Source: Balanoglossus misakiensis (Eukaryota; Animalia; Hemichordata). From it: a stretch of DNA of 64,000 nt. Under the pieces are notes generated by a model that did not search any database, was not told the origin of the DNA, and saw only the letters and a program-made list of their open reading frames with translations. The position numbers were made by a program, and so were the translations under genes. Location: NCBI GenBank assembly GCA_040954595.2, contig CM082582.2, forward strand, positions 13,366,327 to 13,430,326. Direction: 5' to 3'. Shown here in pieces: positions 35,401-47,400 of the stretch (position 1 is the stretch's first letter; every line of letters starts with the position of its first letter).

Positions 35401-38400
35401 AACACTGCATAAGTGTTAGGTGTAGGTGACTTGGCTGAGATGTAAGTGTTAGGCTGTTATTGTCAACTTTCAAACTTTCACATACCTCATTGTTGGTGGC
35501 TTCTAATTTTAGAGGTGTTTAGTAGATAAAGTGGGCATACATGTAGTAAGTCAGATGGCATGTTATATATGGAAACAAGTGGGTACAATTAATGCTCAAT
35601 TGTTTCAGCCTTCGTAAATCTGTGAGGTGTAAAACTGATTGCCTCCTGCAAGCACAAGCGAGGTGCACTTCAATGTGCCAGACAGAATGACCTTAAAAGG
35701 AGACCGCTCTGTAATCAGTAGACCTGTCATTGTTTCCAAATTTATGCGACATGGATGAAGTGGCTTGAGATCAAGAGTCAATCCCCCTAAAACTCTGACC
35801 ACGCAGCGAGCCTCCGATTGTGTTTTTCAGCCTTCGGTCGATTAAGGATAATCACCCTGGTGCTATTTGCTGCTGGGTTTAAATAGGCAAAATGCACCGT
35901 TAATGGTTTGTGCAAATGGTTACATAGGGAGGTGTGGTTGCCACACATCTACCTACCCCCACTGTAAGGCATACCTGGCTCCAAAGTAATTCCTTTGTAA
36001 ACAATTCCCAGTAACAGTTAGGGAGTTATTTATTTACTTTTCAGCCTCATACTTTATTGTAGTTTTTGATAACTGCCCATTTCCAGGTGAAATTAGGCTC
36101 TTCACATGTTGTGTCGTTCAGTGAAATCATTTCTGCGTGTTTACGAGCACGGCACCTATTGGCATATAGCACTCGTTGGTTTGTCATCACCAAAGCTGGA
36201 CGCTCTCTGCCACATCTCGTGAAGTTCTGAAATCTTCCACGGAGCATCGAACATCAAAAGTCGATCAGCATTTCTTAATCACTTCAAGAGACTCTTTCCT
36301 TGTTCATGACAGCATCTGAGCGATCAGCATTCGTACTTTGTTACAAACAGGGTGTTGTGACTGCATGCCCCCTGTCCTTGTCAAAGCTCTGTGAGTTCTC
36401 ACCTCGCGTACAAAAAAACCCAACAACGTGCAACTGGTATTGGAGTTTTGAATTCATCATGGCAGACAAAAAGTAAAATTTCCATCACATCAACCAAGAG
36501 GGACACCTGCTAAACAGACAAATCTGTCAACCACAGGCAATTTAAGGTAATTATAATTTTTCATTTTCATTTAACAAAAAAAATGTCAACACATAAGCAG
36601 ACAAACATCTTGAACTTGTTCATTATAAACAAATCAATCATAGTCATTTGACATTTGACAAAAAAAACCCAGATAACCGTGGTGGAGAAAAACAGTTGAA
36701 CAGTTCAGGGAAACCAATGACCATGGTCTTAATCACAGATGTCAGTGGTAAAGATATACAATTTTACATTATCAGAAGTCTTGTAAAATGGAGACACTCC
36801 TTTGTATTGTAGAAATGTGTGAGTAATATTGAAATTTGTTTTGTAAAGTTTATTATTTGTGTTTTCTTTTATCAGTTTGCTTAAAGCTGCCTGAAGTATC
36901 ACAATTTTTATCATGTAACCCTGCTTTGTTTTGGCACACAGCGTTTGACTTTACGACTGCTTCGGCAAAATGGCAAATGCACTGAGTCTGCGAGTCATGC
37001 GAATGAACAACATGGAAGACTGGAAACTGCAACAGAGGAAAGCCAAGTTGGAGAAGGATAAAAAATGCAGCCTCAAGTCCATTCATTACGAAATTATGGA
37101 CACACGGAAAATTGTCGGTCACAGGCGGATGTCACATGCAGTTCTCAAGCCAGTCACGCATGTTGCGCGACGGCCATCGGCACCTTGTGTACCAAGGTTG
37201 CCTTCCAGCAAAGACGGACAAACTGTCACGTTTAACTGTGAAGAGGAGAGTGATAACACCAGCAACTGGATTGATTATGATGATGACGATGATAGCGATG
37301 GTTGGATTGACTTTGTAGAAAAGCTGAATACTGACAAGGAGACTCGAGTGGAGACAGCTGCAAAGAATGCTCACGTGTCGGAGAATGGATGGAATATACA
37401 GAACACCAATGATGCGGCACCTTTAGAGAAGAAAAAATTCTGTCCCTTTGGCAGACCGATGTCACAGACACACTTTGCTGATGCATACGGGTGCAGAGCG
37501 CGGGGAGATTCCTACAAACCAAGACCAAGTTCCTTTTCTGGTTTCACCAACAGAGAGCAGCCTCCCCCAATTCAGCGGGTTGCAAGTCGAAGCAAACTTG
37601 ACCCCCGACCCACGCGTTCTGCGGGGTCAATGAGGGTCACCCGCAGCGCCGGCAAGGGAAGTGCAGGCTCGCTGATGAGAAGACCACAAAGTGTAGGTGG
37701 CGCTTCCATGATCACAGACACACCCACGGCAGAAAATGCATCGTATCTTCTGAAACTGTTCAAAATGATAGACGACGTCAACACTCCCCTTGCAAGACGG
37801 ATGCTCAGACGGCAGACTACGCCAGTCACAAACAACATGTTCTTCACAAGTCCTGCTAGTCCATATCGCATCGCAGCCCAGTCCCCAAATCCCAACAGAG
37901 CTGAGAACGGCACTGGCAGAACGAAGAAGAAACTGTCCTATACAGCGCCAACCATTGCCAGTCAGCAACGCTTCATGATAACCATGGCACAAACCAGAGC
38001 ACCTGGAATCAAATCACATTAGTCCTTTGTACTGAGGAAAGAAAAATATCTCTAGTAAAATTATTCTGTTGATGAGGAATTGAAGCAATTCACACATTCA
38101 GACCTAATAGTGGTCTGCAGACACTGAAACTTAATTTGTTCATCATTCAGGAATCCACTAGGTACAATTTAGAACACTGCAGTCAAAGTAAAGTTACAGC
38201 AAACTCAAATCATGTTGAATTTCATTGAATTCACCGTGCAATGTATACATGTATGTAACAGCTTAAGATTAATTGTTAAAATAATGCCTTCCAATGAACA
38301 ATAATTAACTGCATTTCATTTGCTGAATAAATATATCATATGATTTAAATTACTGAGTCAATGGTAACGCAGTCTTTCATTGGTTGTCATACACGTAATA

Positions 38401-41400
38401 ATCATGTAGTGTGTTTTGTGGCCAGCAACAAGTTTACTCTACAAATAAACAACTTTAGAGCTGAAATTTATTGAGATGTAAATATTCCCAACCCATATTT
38501 TTATCCCCAAAATGAGGAAGTTCTTCAAATTTGCTGTTAGATACAGGATGTAGTGTTTGGTTGAAGTCATAACATGATTCAAAGTGACGCCACTCTAGTG
38601 TTTTTCTGTCCTAGCATCCACCAACTGCAGCCCAGAAACCCTGTCCTCATTCAAACTTCAAGAGTCGGTTGCTGTGTACACAACATCAAGTGGCCATCCA
38701 AGTCACTGTCCCACTTATCTACGTGTGGTACCTCAGCAACAATGAATATCAAATTTCAAAACGATCTGGAATATCTTTTTCCCCCTAACTTCCCCAGATT
38801 GTACTTTTGGGTTAGAAGTTTTACCCAGAACTGTCCCTATTTTGACGTGATGATGTATTTTGGTTCCAGGGGACTGCAATAGGTGTTCGGTATAGAAGGT
38901 TTTGACTCATATAAGACAGGTTTGATGAAAATAGGCTGTGAGGTAAAGTTGGCTATTTTAACGTAGGATATAGTTGTACTGGGTAGGACTGAGACAAAGG
39001 AGCCAGACCAATTTGTAGTGGCAAGGGCAGAGACGTAGTTTGCCACAGTTACATGTCGGAGCCGTTGATTTCAGACTGGACTCAAAAACCATTCATGGGC
39101 TTGAGTGAATTGCATAAATGACTCAAGGGCTCTTGTTTGCTGTAATGAAACCTGAGTTTTCTACAAATTCATCTGGACAATTTGTCATTAACAGCTTGCA
39201 GTCCTGGTTACCCCCTTGACAGTTGTTGTCAGGTGGCTATACACCCATAATAAAACAGACCCGCTTGGTTTCTTGTAAATTCCAATTGGTGTTTGTCAAG
39301 AGTAAAATAAAATCTCTCTGAACATTAAAAGGTTGCTTTAGGAAAATTGTGAAAATATACCAAAAAGGAGATTTTTTTATTGTAGCATGGCAGTGGAAGA
39401 ATGATGAAGTCATGTGTGACTTTTTTGTCATAATTTCTGTAATGACGTTTTCAACGTAACGCTAATTTGTCCATTGATGTCTAAATGATGTTCTAAGGCA
39501 ATGACCATGCGTTGTCTCAACTCGAGACAAGAGTACATTTACCCTCAGGTTGGTCAGAAGCTTTTGATGAGTCATATATCAAATGGATATTGTCAAAGCT
39601 ATGTCAAGGATAGAAGCATCTACCACACCAGTGCAGTGAGTTGCTCAGCAACACACCAAGAAGGCAGGATTCTATATTGTGCAATATGAGGGCGCCTTCT
39701 TGACAATTTCTCTGACAAAGTGACTTTGCTGCATTTGGGTTTTTGCAATCACGTGTGGGAGGCCCTCTAGTGATAACGGTGGCTTTTATGTGGATAGCTG
39801 TCTTCTATTTTATTCTCTGTACGTGTATGCCAATTGTCAAACTGTGCCATAGCATTGTCAACGTGCAAAGCCGCTTAGTTACGCCCAGATAACAACTTTC
39901 AAAGGTTAACCTCTCTCTCACTGGTGAATGGACAATCATTGTATTCTGTTCACTCGAGCCGAACCCTATGCTTCCAGCCATTTCCACCGATTCAGTTTAT
40001 CCCAATTAAGATGTACTTTATCGTCAAAGCGCCGTTGTGAGAACTGCCATTGACGCTATAATCACTGTTCTTTTGGAGTGGTATATAGGTCAAAGAGGAA
40101 AGGGCCTTTGTTTGCCTTGCACTTCAGAGTGTCTTTTATTGCTGTTTGCCTTGTACCTTGAAGTGACTGTCAAGTGTGATGGCCATGGCCCTTCATTGCG
40201 CTGTTAACTGTCCCAAAATGATGTCTCTACACCGTTATATTCAAAGTGAGATCCTCCACCTGGATTACTTTCATCTGAACCACTATTGTGCGCCGTCTGT
40301 ATTTGAAGAGGAAGAATTTAATCGGCTTTGATCAGTGATGGTTTTTAATCCAGTGGAATTTCCCAGAGGAGAGTGACTCGCCGAGCAGGAATATTCATTT
40401 TGTGTCTGGCATCTACATGGTGTTATTATTTTTTAATTAACTATGGATTGTCACTTGTGAACATTTGACGTTATATTTGACAGAAGAATAAGGTACATCC
40501 CTGACTGATGTATGTGTCTCTGTTATGTCTGGATAGCTGCGTCACCTGTGATTACCAGTTTGAGCAGCCAAGGTGGAGATGATGAACAGGAAAAAAGCTC
40601 AATCTAGTATTGAGATTACCAGATGGGTGGAATATAACTGATGTGATTAGGGATGTATGCACATGTGCAGTGTGCATAGTTGAGGCTCATTGGAGCTCTG
40701 TAGTAACGGTAATGTTTACCTTCAAATAGCCTATTGCAACTGTTGACCCTTTGACTTCAACGGGCGGCTATTTGTCAAACCAGTCGAACGTCACTTAGCG
40801 CGGTGCTTCCAGTCCGGCACCGTTACTATCAAAGGACTTCGCTGTGCATGAGGAACAACAGTCTTCCGTGCAGAGCATGGATTCACATTCACATCGGATC
40901 TGATGTCTGCGGTTTGAACATGGCAGCGAAGAAAAAGAAGAAATTTATGAGCATCTCGGAGGAGAAAGCTCTCAGAACCAATGGCGTGGATCGCGTCAAA
41001 CTGAACTTGGAATTGAAACTACTTGACAAAGCTCAGACGCACTCAATCATTCTACTCAATACACACATTAACCGCTTGAAGATCGCTTCCAGGAACATCG
41101 AAACCTCGAGCGGGTCCAGCGTGCGGTATCTCAAACAGCGGACCAAAGACACAGAAGAAAAGAACAGGACTTATTTCATGTATGGAGAGAGGCTGGAAAA
41201 TCGCAAGTTTTACAAACGGAGCTCCTTGCTTTGGGACAAGATTGACAAATCGGCGTATGATGATGAGGAAAGTGACAAAGTGGAAGACACCGGGCCCATA
41301 TACCCACCTCTGGAATCACTTCTGGAGACTTCAAGCGAAAGTGAAGATGATGGTGAATCTTACTACACTCATGAATATACGGAAAGTGGATATGAATATG

Positions 41401-44400
41401 TTGACAGTGGTTTTTCCGATAGTTGCTTGGGATCCAGCAACTGGTCTCGGTCTTCAAGTCCAAGTATGAAATCGGCGCGCAGTCATAAAGTCAAATCAGT
41501 GCCGTCTAGTGCCAGGGACAGATCACCAGGGAGTTCTCATGAAATGTTTCGCCGGCCGCAGACTGCTGCAGCTGGGAGTCAGTCTCAGTTACCTGCCAAA
41601 GTGGAAGGGCATGAGAGAAAGACTAGAAGTGCCATGGTTAGACAGGCCAGCCATCCAAAGTTCAGTTGGTGGCATGGGATTGTAGATTACGGCAATCAGG
41701 ACAGGGAAAAGGAAATTCCCCCTAGGAGACACCTGAATGCTTATTTTCCGCATCTGGGAACTGGAGAGGAAGAACCGGAAAAGATGCCGTCGGTGAAAGT
41801 TAAGAAGATTCAAGGCAAAGAAGAAGAAGCAGAGAAGGAGAAGAAAAGAAAGAAGAAGAAACAAAAGAGGAGAACTTGGTCGTTGAGGAGTTCAGTTTTT
41901 GCTCCCACAGTTGCCAGTCGACAGCGGGAGTATAGTGCATTCCTTGTTGGTCGTAGTGTCCATTCCAAAAGTAAAGGGAGTTAGACGTTACTAGCAGATT
42001 TCAAAACATTGGTTTTCTGGCTTGAAGTCAGCTGCTGGTAAAGCTGTGGGAAACAAGGCGTTTTGAATAACTCACCATAACATGACTTCACTATGTTTTT
42101 TGAGATGTGGGTGGAGGTTTGTTGAATTGGTTTATAATTCAAATGTGGAAGTACACATTTGTACAGTGACCAGTTGGGCATGCAAAAAAACACCAAAATG
42201 TTTACATACTGTCAGATGAACACAGATCAATCATGTAGAGTTCAAATTGAATTCCAATTAATAGCAAAATGTTCTCATTTTCATTTTATTATTGATCAAA
42301 AACAGGAACAACCCAGAAATGTAGTCAATGCACTCTGTATTTTGTAAGCAATATAAGTTACTTGTTTCTTTCACTGCAAAACAGAAATGATTTATTTTAT
42401 AGTGTTATGCACCATAAGCTCAGGGAAATTGGAGACCAAGGTATTTCATTAAGAGTGGGATTTACAATGTTTTATTCATTGGAGAGATGAATATCCTCTT
42501 TGTAACTGAGTGCAATCAAACCCGTGACAACCCACCCTTTCCTGACATATTTCTGGTCGTCAAGCGACCTACAGTTTCTGTCCGGTGTGTAGTATTTACT
42601 CCATTGCTGTTGAATGTTTTAACAGTGGTTGTTGATGCAATTTTAGTGCAAATGTTTGAGCCTTGGTTGTAATGTCAGCTTTCTTTGTAGATTAGGTAAC
42701 GCAAACACCCGTTAGTCAACTGGACCATGAAACCGCTTAGCAACTTGCGCCAGTCAGTTGATCTTTACTCTATTAGCATTCCAAGAAGATTGACTTGAAA
42801 TGGACAACTGCCATGTCCATTCAATTTAATGTCCTACCATGTTACATGTAGTTTCAGGTACATGCATTACAGTATGTTTATCACCATCACATATGCATGT
42901 ACAAAGTCTCGCAACACATAGATATTCTATCAGCTTTGCTTAGCTATGTTGACCAAAATATTTCAGTTGAAATATATACCTGCCAAAATGATTCACGCAT
43001 TTACATTTTTAAGAAACAAATTTAAAAACACGCTTTATTTGAGCAGTTGATTTTAAAAAGAGATTTCTTTGTATGTACTACCTTTTGTGATTATTAAGTT
43101 GTCTAAATTTTATCAGATCACCTGGAGTTTATTATCATCTTTAAAGAAATTTGTGTTAACACTTTTGCACAGATATTGATCATAGTCTTTTGCTTAAAGA
43201 TGAAAGACAGGAGGGGGGGGGGGTGAAAATGTTTTGAATCTGTCATGGATTTTTCAAGTTCAATAAAAACAACCCATTTGTTGGGTCTTTCAATATTGAC
43301 ATTGGATTCTATAATTGTTGGTTTAACAGTAGTATATAGTTGAGCCTGGACTATTGATTTGTAGGACACACCTGTCATTGTTCATTATTGTGTGCAAAAC
43401 GCTGCCATCGTCAGAAACTGGACTCTAATTGCAGGTACCAGTCAACGTGACTTTTGACCACGGTCAAGGGATTTGGTGTACCTTGACATGATCTTCACCC
43501 AACATTGATACCCTGACCTAGCTAGTACCTATAATGACCGCAGTCTAAACCATGGTTGCGAAAGGGACAGGTCCAGATATTGTCAGTACAACTGAAATCA
43601 AGTATCACTATCTGCTAGCTGTTCTCAGGTGCTACCCAGTTTTCCAAATCCAATTATACATTTTATCTAGCAAGTGTAAACAAGAGATAATAGCATGTAC
43701 ACAAACACACTTGGAAGTGGCAAATCTACTCAAACAAGATTGTCTCTCGCTCTCTGTGATAGGATATCCCCTTGACTCTCAGATCCACGTATCACACGTC
43801 TCAGGGTATTGTTGTTTTCTGCTTTTTCAATATACGTCACTTACCTGTAGAATAAATGTACACGTATACAAGCAAAATGAGCTGAGTAAAGGAAATGTAT
43901 TGCACATTTTTATTTTTGATCAGATCAGTTGATGACTTGAAAGACATTACATGTCCAAAGACGACATTGGATCAGTAAAGTCATTAAATATTTCTCATCT
44001 GCATGACACATTGCCGTGACTTGATTTGAATATCAAGTAACGCACATACATACAGTACTTGGTTGTTCCATTATATCATTGAAGTGGATTGTGCAGTAGG
44101 TACGAGTGCTAGACTGCTTGACTGGTGAAAGGTCAGTTATGTCAGAGGTGAAGAAACTCCACATTTTTGGGTGTAATCCTGACGTGGCAACCGTGTTTAG
44201 CTCACAGCAACCTGCAACTAACTGTGTTGCCAAGTATTCATACAATCGGGGCAAGCAAATTTTGTCAGAATTACACAGTTTGGTAATAAAAGTATATTTT
44301 GGTGGTATTTTAAAATAAAGGCTTTATTGACTATATTCTTTGCCAACAGGTGTTCTTTGTTGTGACAGTACTCTGATGGTTTGGTCAAATCCATTGTTTT

Positions 44401-47400
44401 CTATGGTAAAGTTGGATCTCTGTAGATGAAAATGGGAGTGAAAGGGTCAAGAATTGAAATGTAATGGTAGCTGAAGTGAAATTAGTGGCTATGTCACTGT
44501 CTCAGATATTTCATACATTATTAATATCCATATAGCCATGTTCATTTGTTGTCAATGTTTTTCATTTCAGTGATGTGAACTGGTCATTGAATAATCCCAG
44601 CGTATTGGCAACTTGCTCAGTAGATACATACATCTATCTGTGGGATATCAGGTGAGTACATCATAGAAAAAAACTAACAGTTATCTTGTTCTGAAGGCAA
44701 CCACACTCACCAACACAAACCTTTCCCTGTACCCAGTCATTGTAGCATCCGGCTAACATATTAACCTCAGCCAACAAAAATGGCAGTGTACCCCAGCAAT
44801 TATCAATTTGTGCCGAGGCACTCCAGTGGTTGTCTAGTAACTGCTTAGTGCCATCCAAACACTTCGCTTGTTTAGCCTATAAACAAGTCAGAAAAAATCT
44901 CATTAAAGAGACAAACATCTTTTGGTTTGCTTGTGTTGATATTTGAGTAAAATTAGTGTACGTTCCTTTAACTGTGAAATCATGTTACATCCATCCTTGG
45001 CAATTGAGTTAAAATTATCATCAGAATTGGGTCATTGTCATGGCAACTCAGTACTAGCAAACCTGCTTACCATAATAATAAGGTTTCTGAAAGCAGGGAA
45101 TGAAAGTTGATATCCATCAAATGTGAAATTTCCTGTAGGGTCTTTTTATTGAGCGTGCTCAATCGCTACATCAATCGCATCTTACAGACCGTTTCAAGAA
45201 AGGGTTATTGGGGATTCCGGTCTCTCAATCATTGTCATTCTGTTCTCAATCATTGTTATTCTGCAGGATTTGACTGATTGACAGTCAAACTACAGTTCCA
45301 TCACGCCATGACAGATGAAGTTCTGATAGTTTAAGATTTAACATAAAGCTTTGAACCACATCAATTTATAAATAAATTATTTTTTTTGATACAGAGACTC
45401 CAGGAAGCCTACATCTTCACTCTCAGCAGTTGGTAAGTCAGACTCGACAATTAGTTTCAACATACACGAATACATAACTTCTCAAAGACAATAAATGTAA
45501 ACAATGTCTTGGTTGATACCATTTGATTATAACTGAAATAATTGACTCATTTTGTTTTGAGAATTTGTTCTTTTTTCCCCAGTTTTTCTCGATAAGATAG
45601 CACTTCTGGCGAAAGGTTAAGGTATCCCCATTTGCTTGGAAGTTGGCCAAAAAATTTGAATTAAATTGTTAAGGTTCTTATGTCGTTCCTTGAGAGTGTA
45701 TTGTCTGGGTTTGTGCTTGGCTGCATCTGAAAGAAAAGTCTTTTATGAAGACAACTGTTGCTTGTAGCCTTCGTGGCATACAGCGTACAGTCACTTTCTC
45801 CCGAGGAACGAAAAATCTTGTACTTGAAGTGAACCCTACTGTTTTAGGGTATACGACAACCAAGCTATCAATAAAGACTCTGCTATTTGTTGAGTACAAC
45901 CGGGTGTGCATTCTTTGCAACCATGGCAACTGGTGAAGGTTAATCAACAATGTGAATTATACTCTTCATAACTGTAGACAGCTATCCTTAATATCAGTGT
46001 CTGGGTGTAGAGCCTGGCTCCTCCCTATAGTCCAAGATTTGCCATTGTTCACCTGTGGCTTTTGTTGGCTGTGCGTTTTCAACAAAAGCTGGGAGACCAG
46101 TGAATATATAGACATTTTGGCAGATTGCCTGAAATAGAATAGAATAAAGCCCAGACATATAAAATCATAGGACTATTAACATACTGCTGTTACCTGCGTG
46201 TCCCTGCAACACATACCTACGATATTCATGTAGTTATTTTAAATAGAGCAAGATTCCATTTAATCTATACTTTATATACTTATTCTGGTGTGTTACTTTT
46301 CTAAGTATAAAATGTTCTTATGATGCAAATGAAATTAAAAGAATAGATTTTACTAGTTTGCGAAAGCATATTCCTACAAACCCTACATTCGTATTTGTTT
46401 CGTATATGTGCAGGTATTTTTTCCATTGATATTTTCTTTTCCTTTGTAGTGGTCATGGTAAATATTTGCCCACAGTATTGAGTTCTTTCATTATCACATT
46501 CTCATGAAATAGTAATGGTACTGTGAAAAGGGGAGAGATTATATCTATGTTCAGGCTGTTCATTCTCCATTCTTTACTTGTTTGTTTTGTGTTTTTATCC
46601 GCCTATCAGCTGGTGCAGCTCAGGTGAAATGGAACAAAGTGGATGGCAATTACCTAGCAACAGCTCATGATGGCGACATTCGTATTTGGGATATGAGAGT
46701 AAGTGACACAACATAATTCTCAAAATGTCATGAATGTTTTATGCCAAGACCTTCCAGGCTGATACTTGAATAATTGTGTGTGAAAAATTAGTATAAAACT
46801 CAACAAAGATAAATATGATAAAGATCACATTCATATTGTCAGTACATTTTATTTACTTGTATTATGAGCACTAATCATCTGAAATGTGATATTGCCATGG
46901 AAACACAATAACATCTTTTAATCCGTCTGTTCCCATGCCAACTTGAATATACATGTATTCATTGTGTTGATGAAAGTCATTTCAATGACGCATGCATGAT
47001 AATTAAATTGTGAGATGCTTTGTTCAGAGAAATACATCCTGTAATTAAATACACAATGTAATTGTGATGATATTGTTAATAGTAGTTGATTACGCTGGTC
47101 ATTTAATCTTCTTGTATTGTGATGCTATTTGACACTCCTGCTGAACATCAAAGATCCATTATCTGTAACTTTGACTTTTATAAAAATCCTTAGAATTATG
47201 TTTTCTTGATTTTTGTACCTATACAAACAGAAAGGCACCAGTCCAGTTCAGTATATTGCTGCACATTTATCAAAAATCCATGGATTAGATTGGGATGCAA
47301 AGCAGGAATTTTGCCTGGCTACATCTGGTCAAGATTGTACTGTTAAAGTAAGTATTCTCAACTGCTCAACAGGTGGTACCAGTATATCACATTCACATAT

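Noticed and set aside
35601-36050. Three TTTCAGCCT acceptor-like motifs at ~220-bp spacing upstream of nested ORF A
   Set aside because: The flanking sequence is not repeated and there are no convincing paired donors or ORFs. They could be UTR exons, but this cannot be supported from sequence alone.
45140-45700. Palindrome ATTGAGC-GT-GCTCAAT, a short tandem duplication and a TTAAGGTA... start, suggesting transposon remnants
   Set aside because: I could not identify a matching terminal repeat or target duplication.
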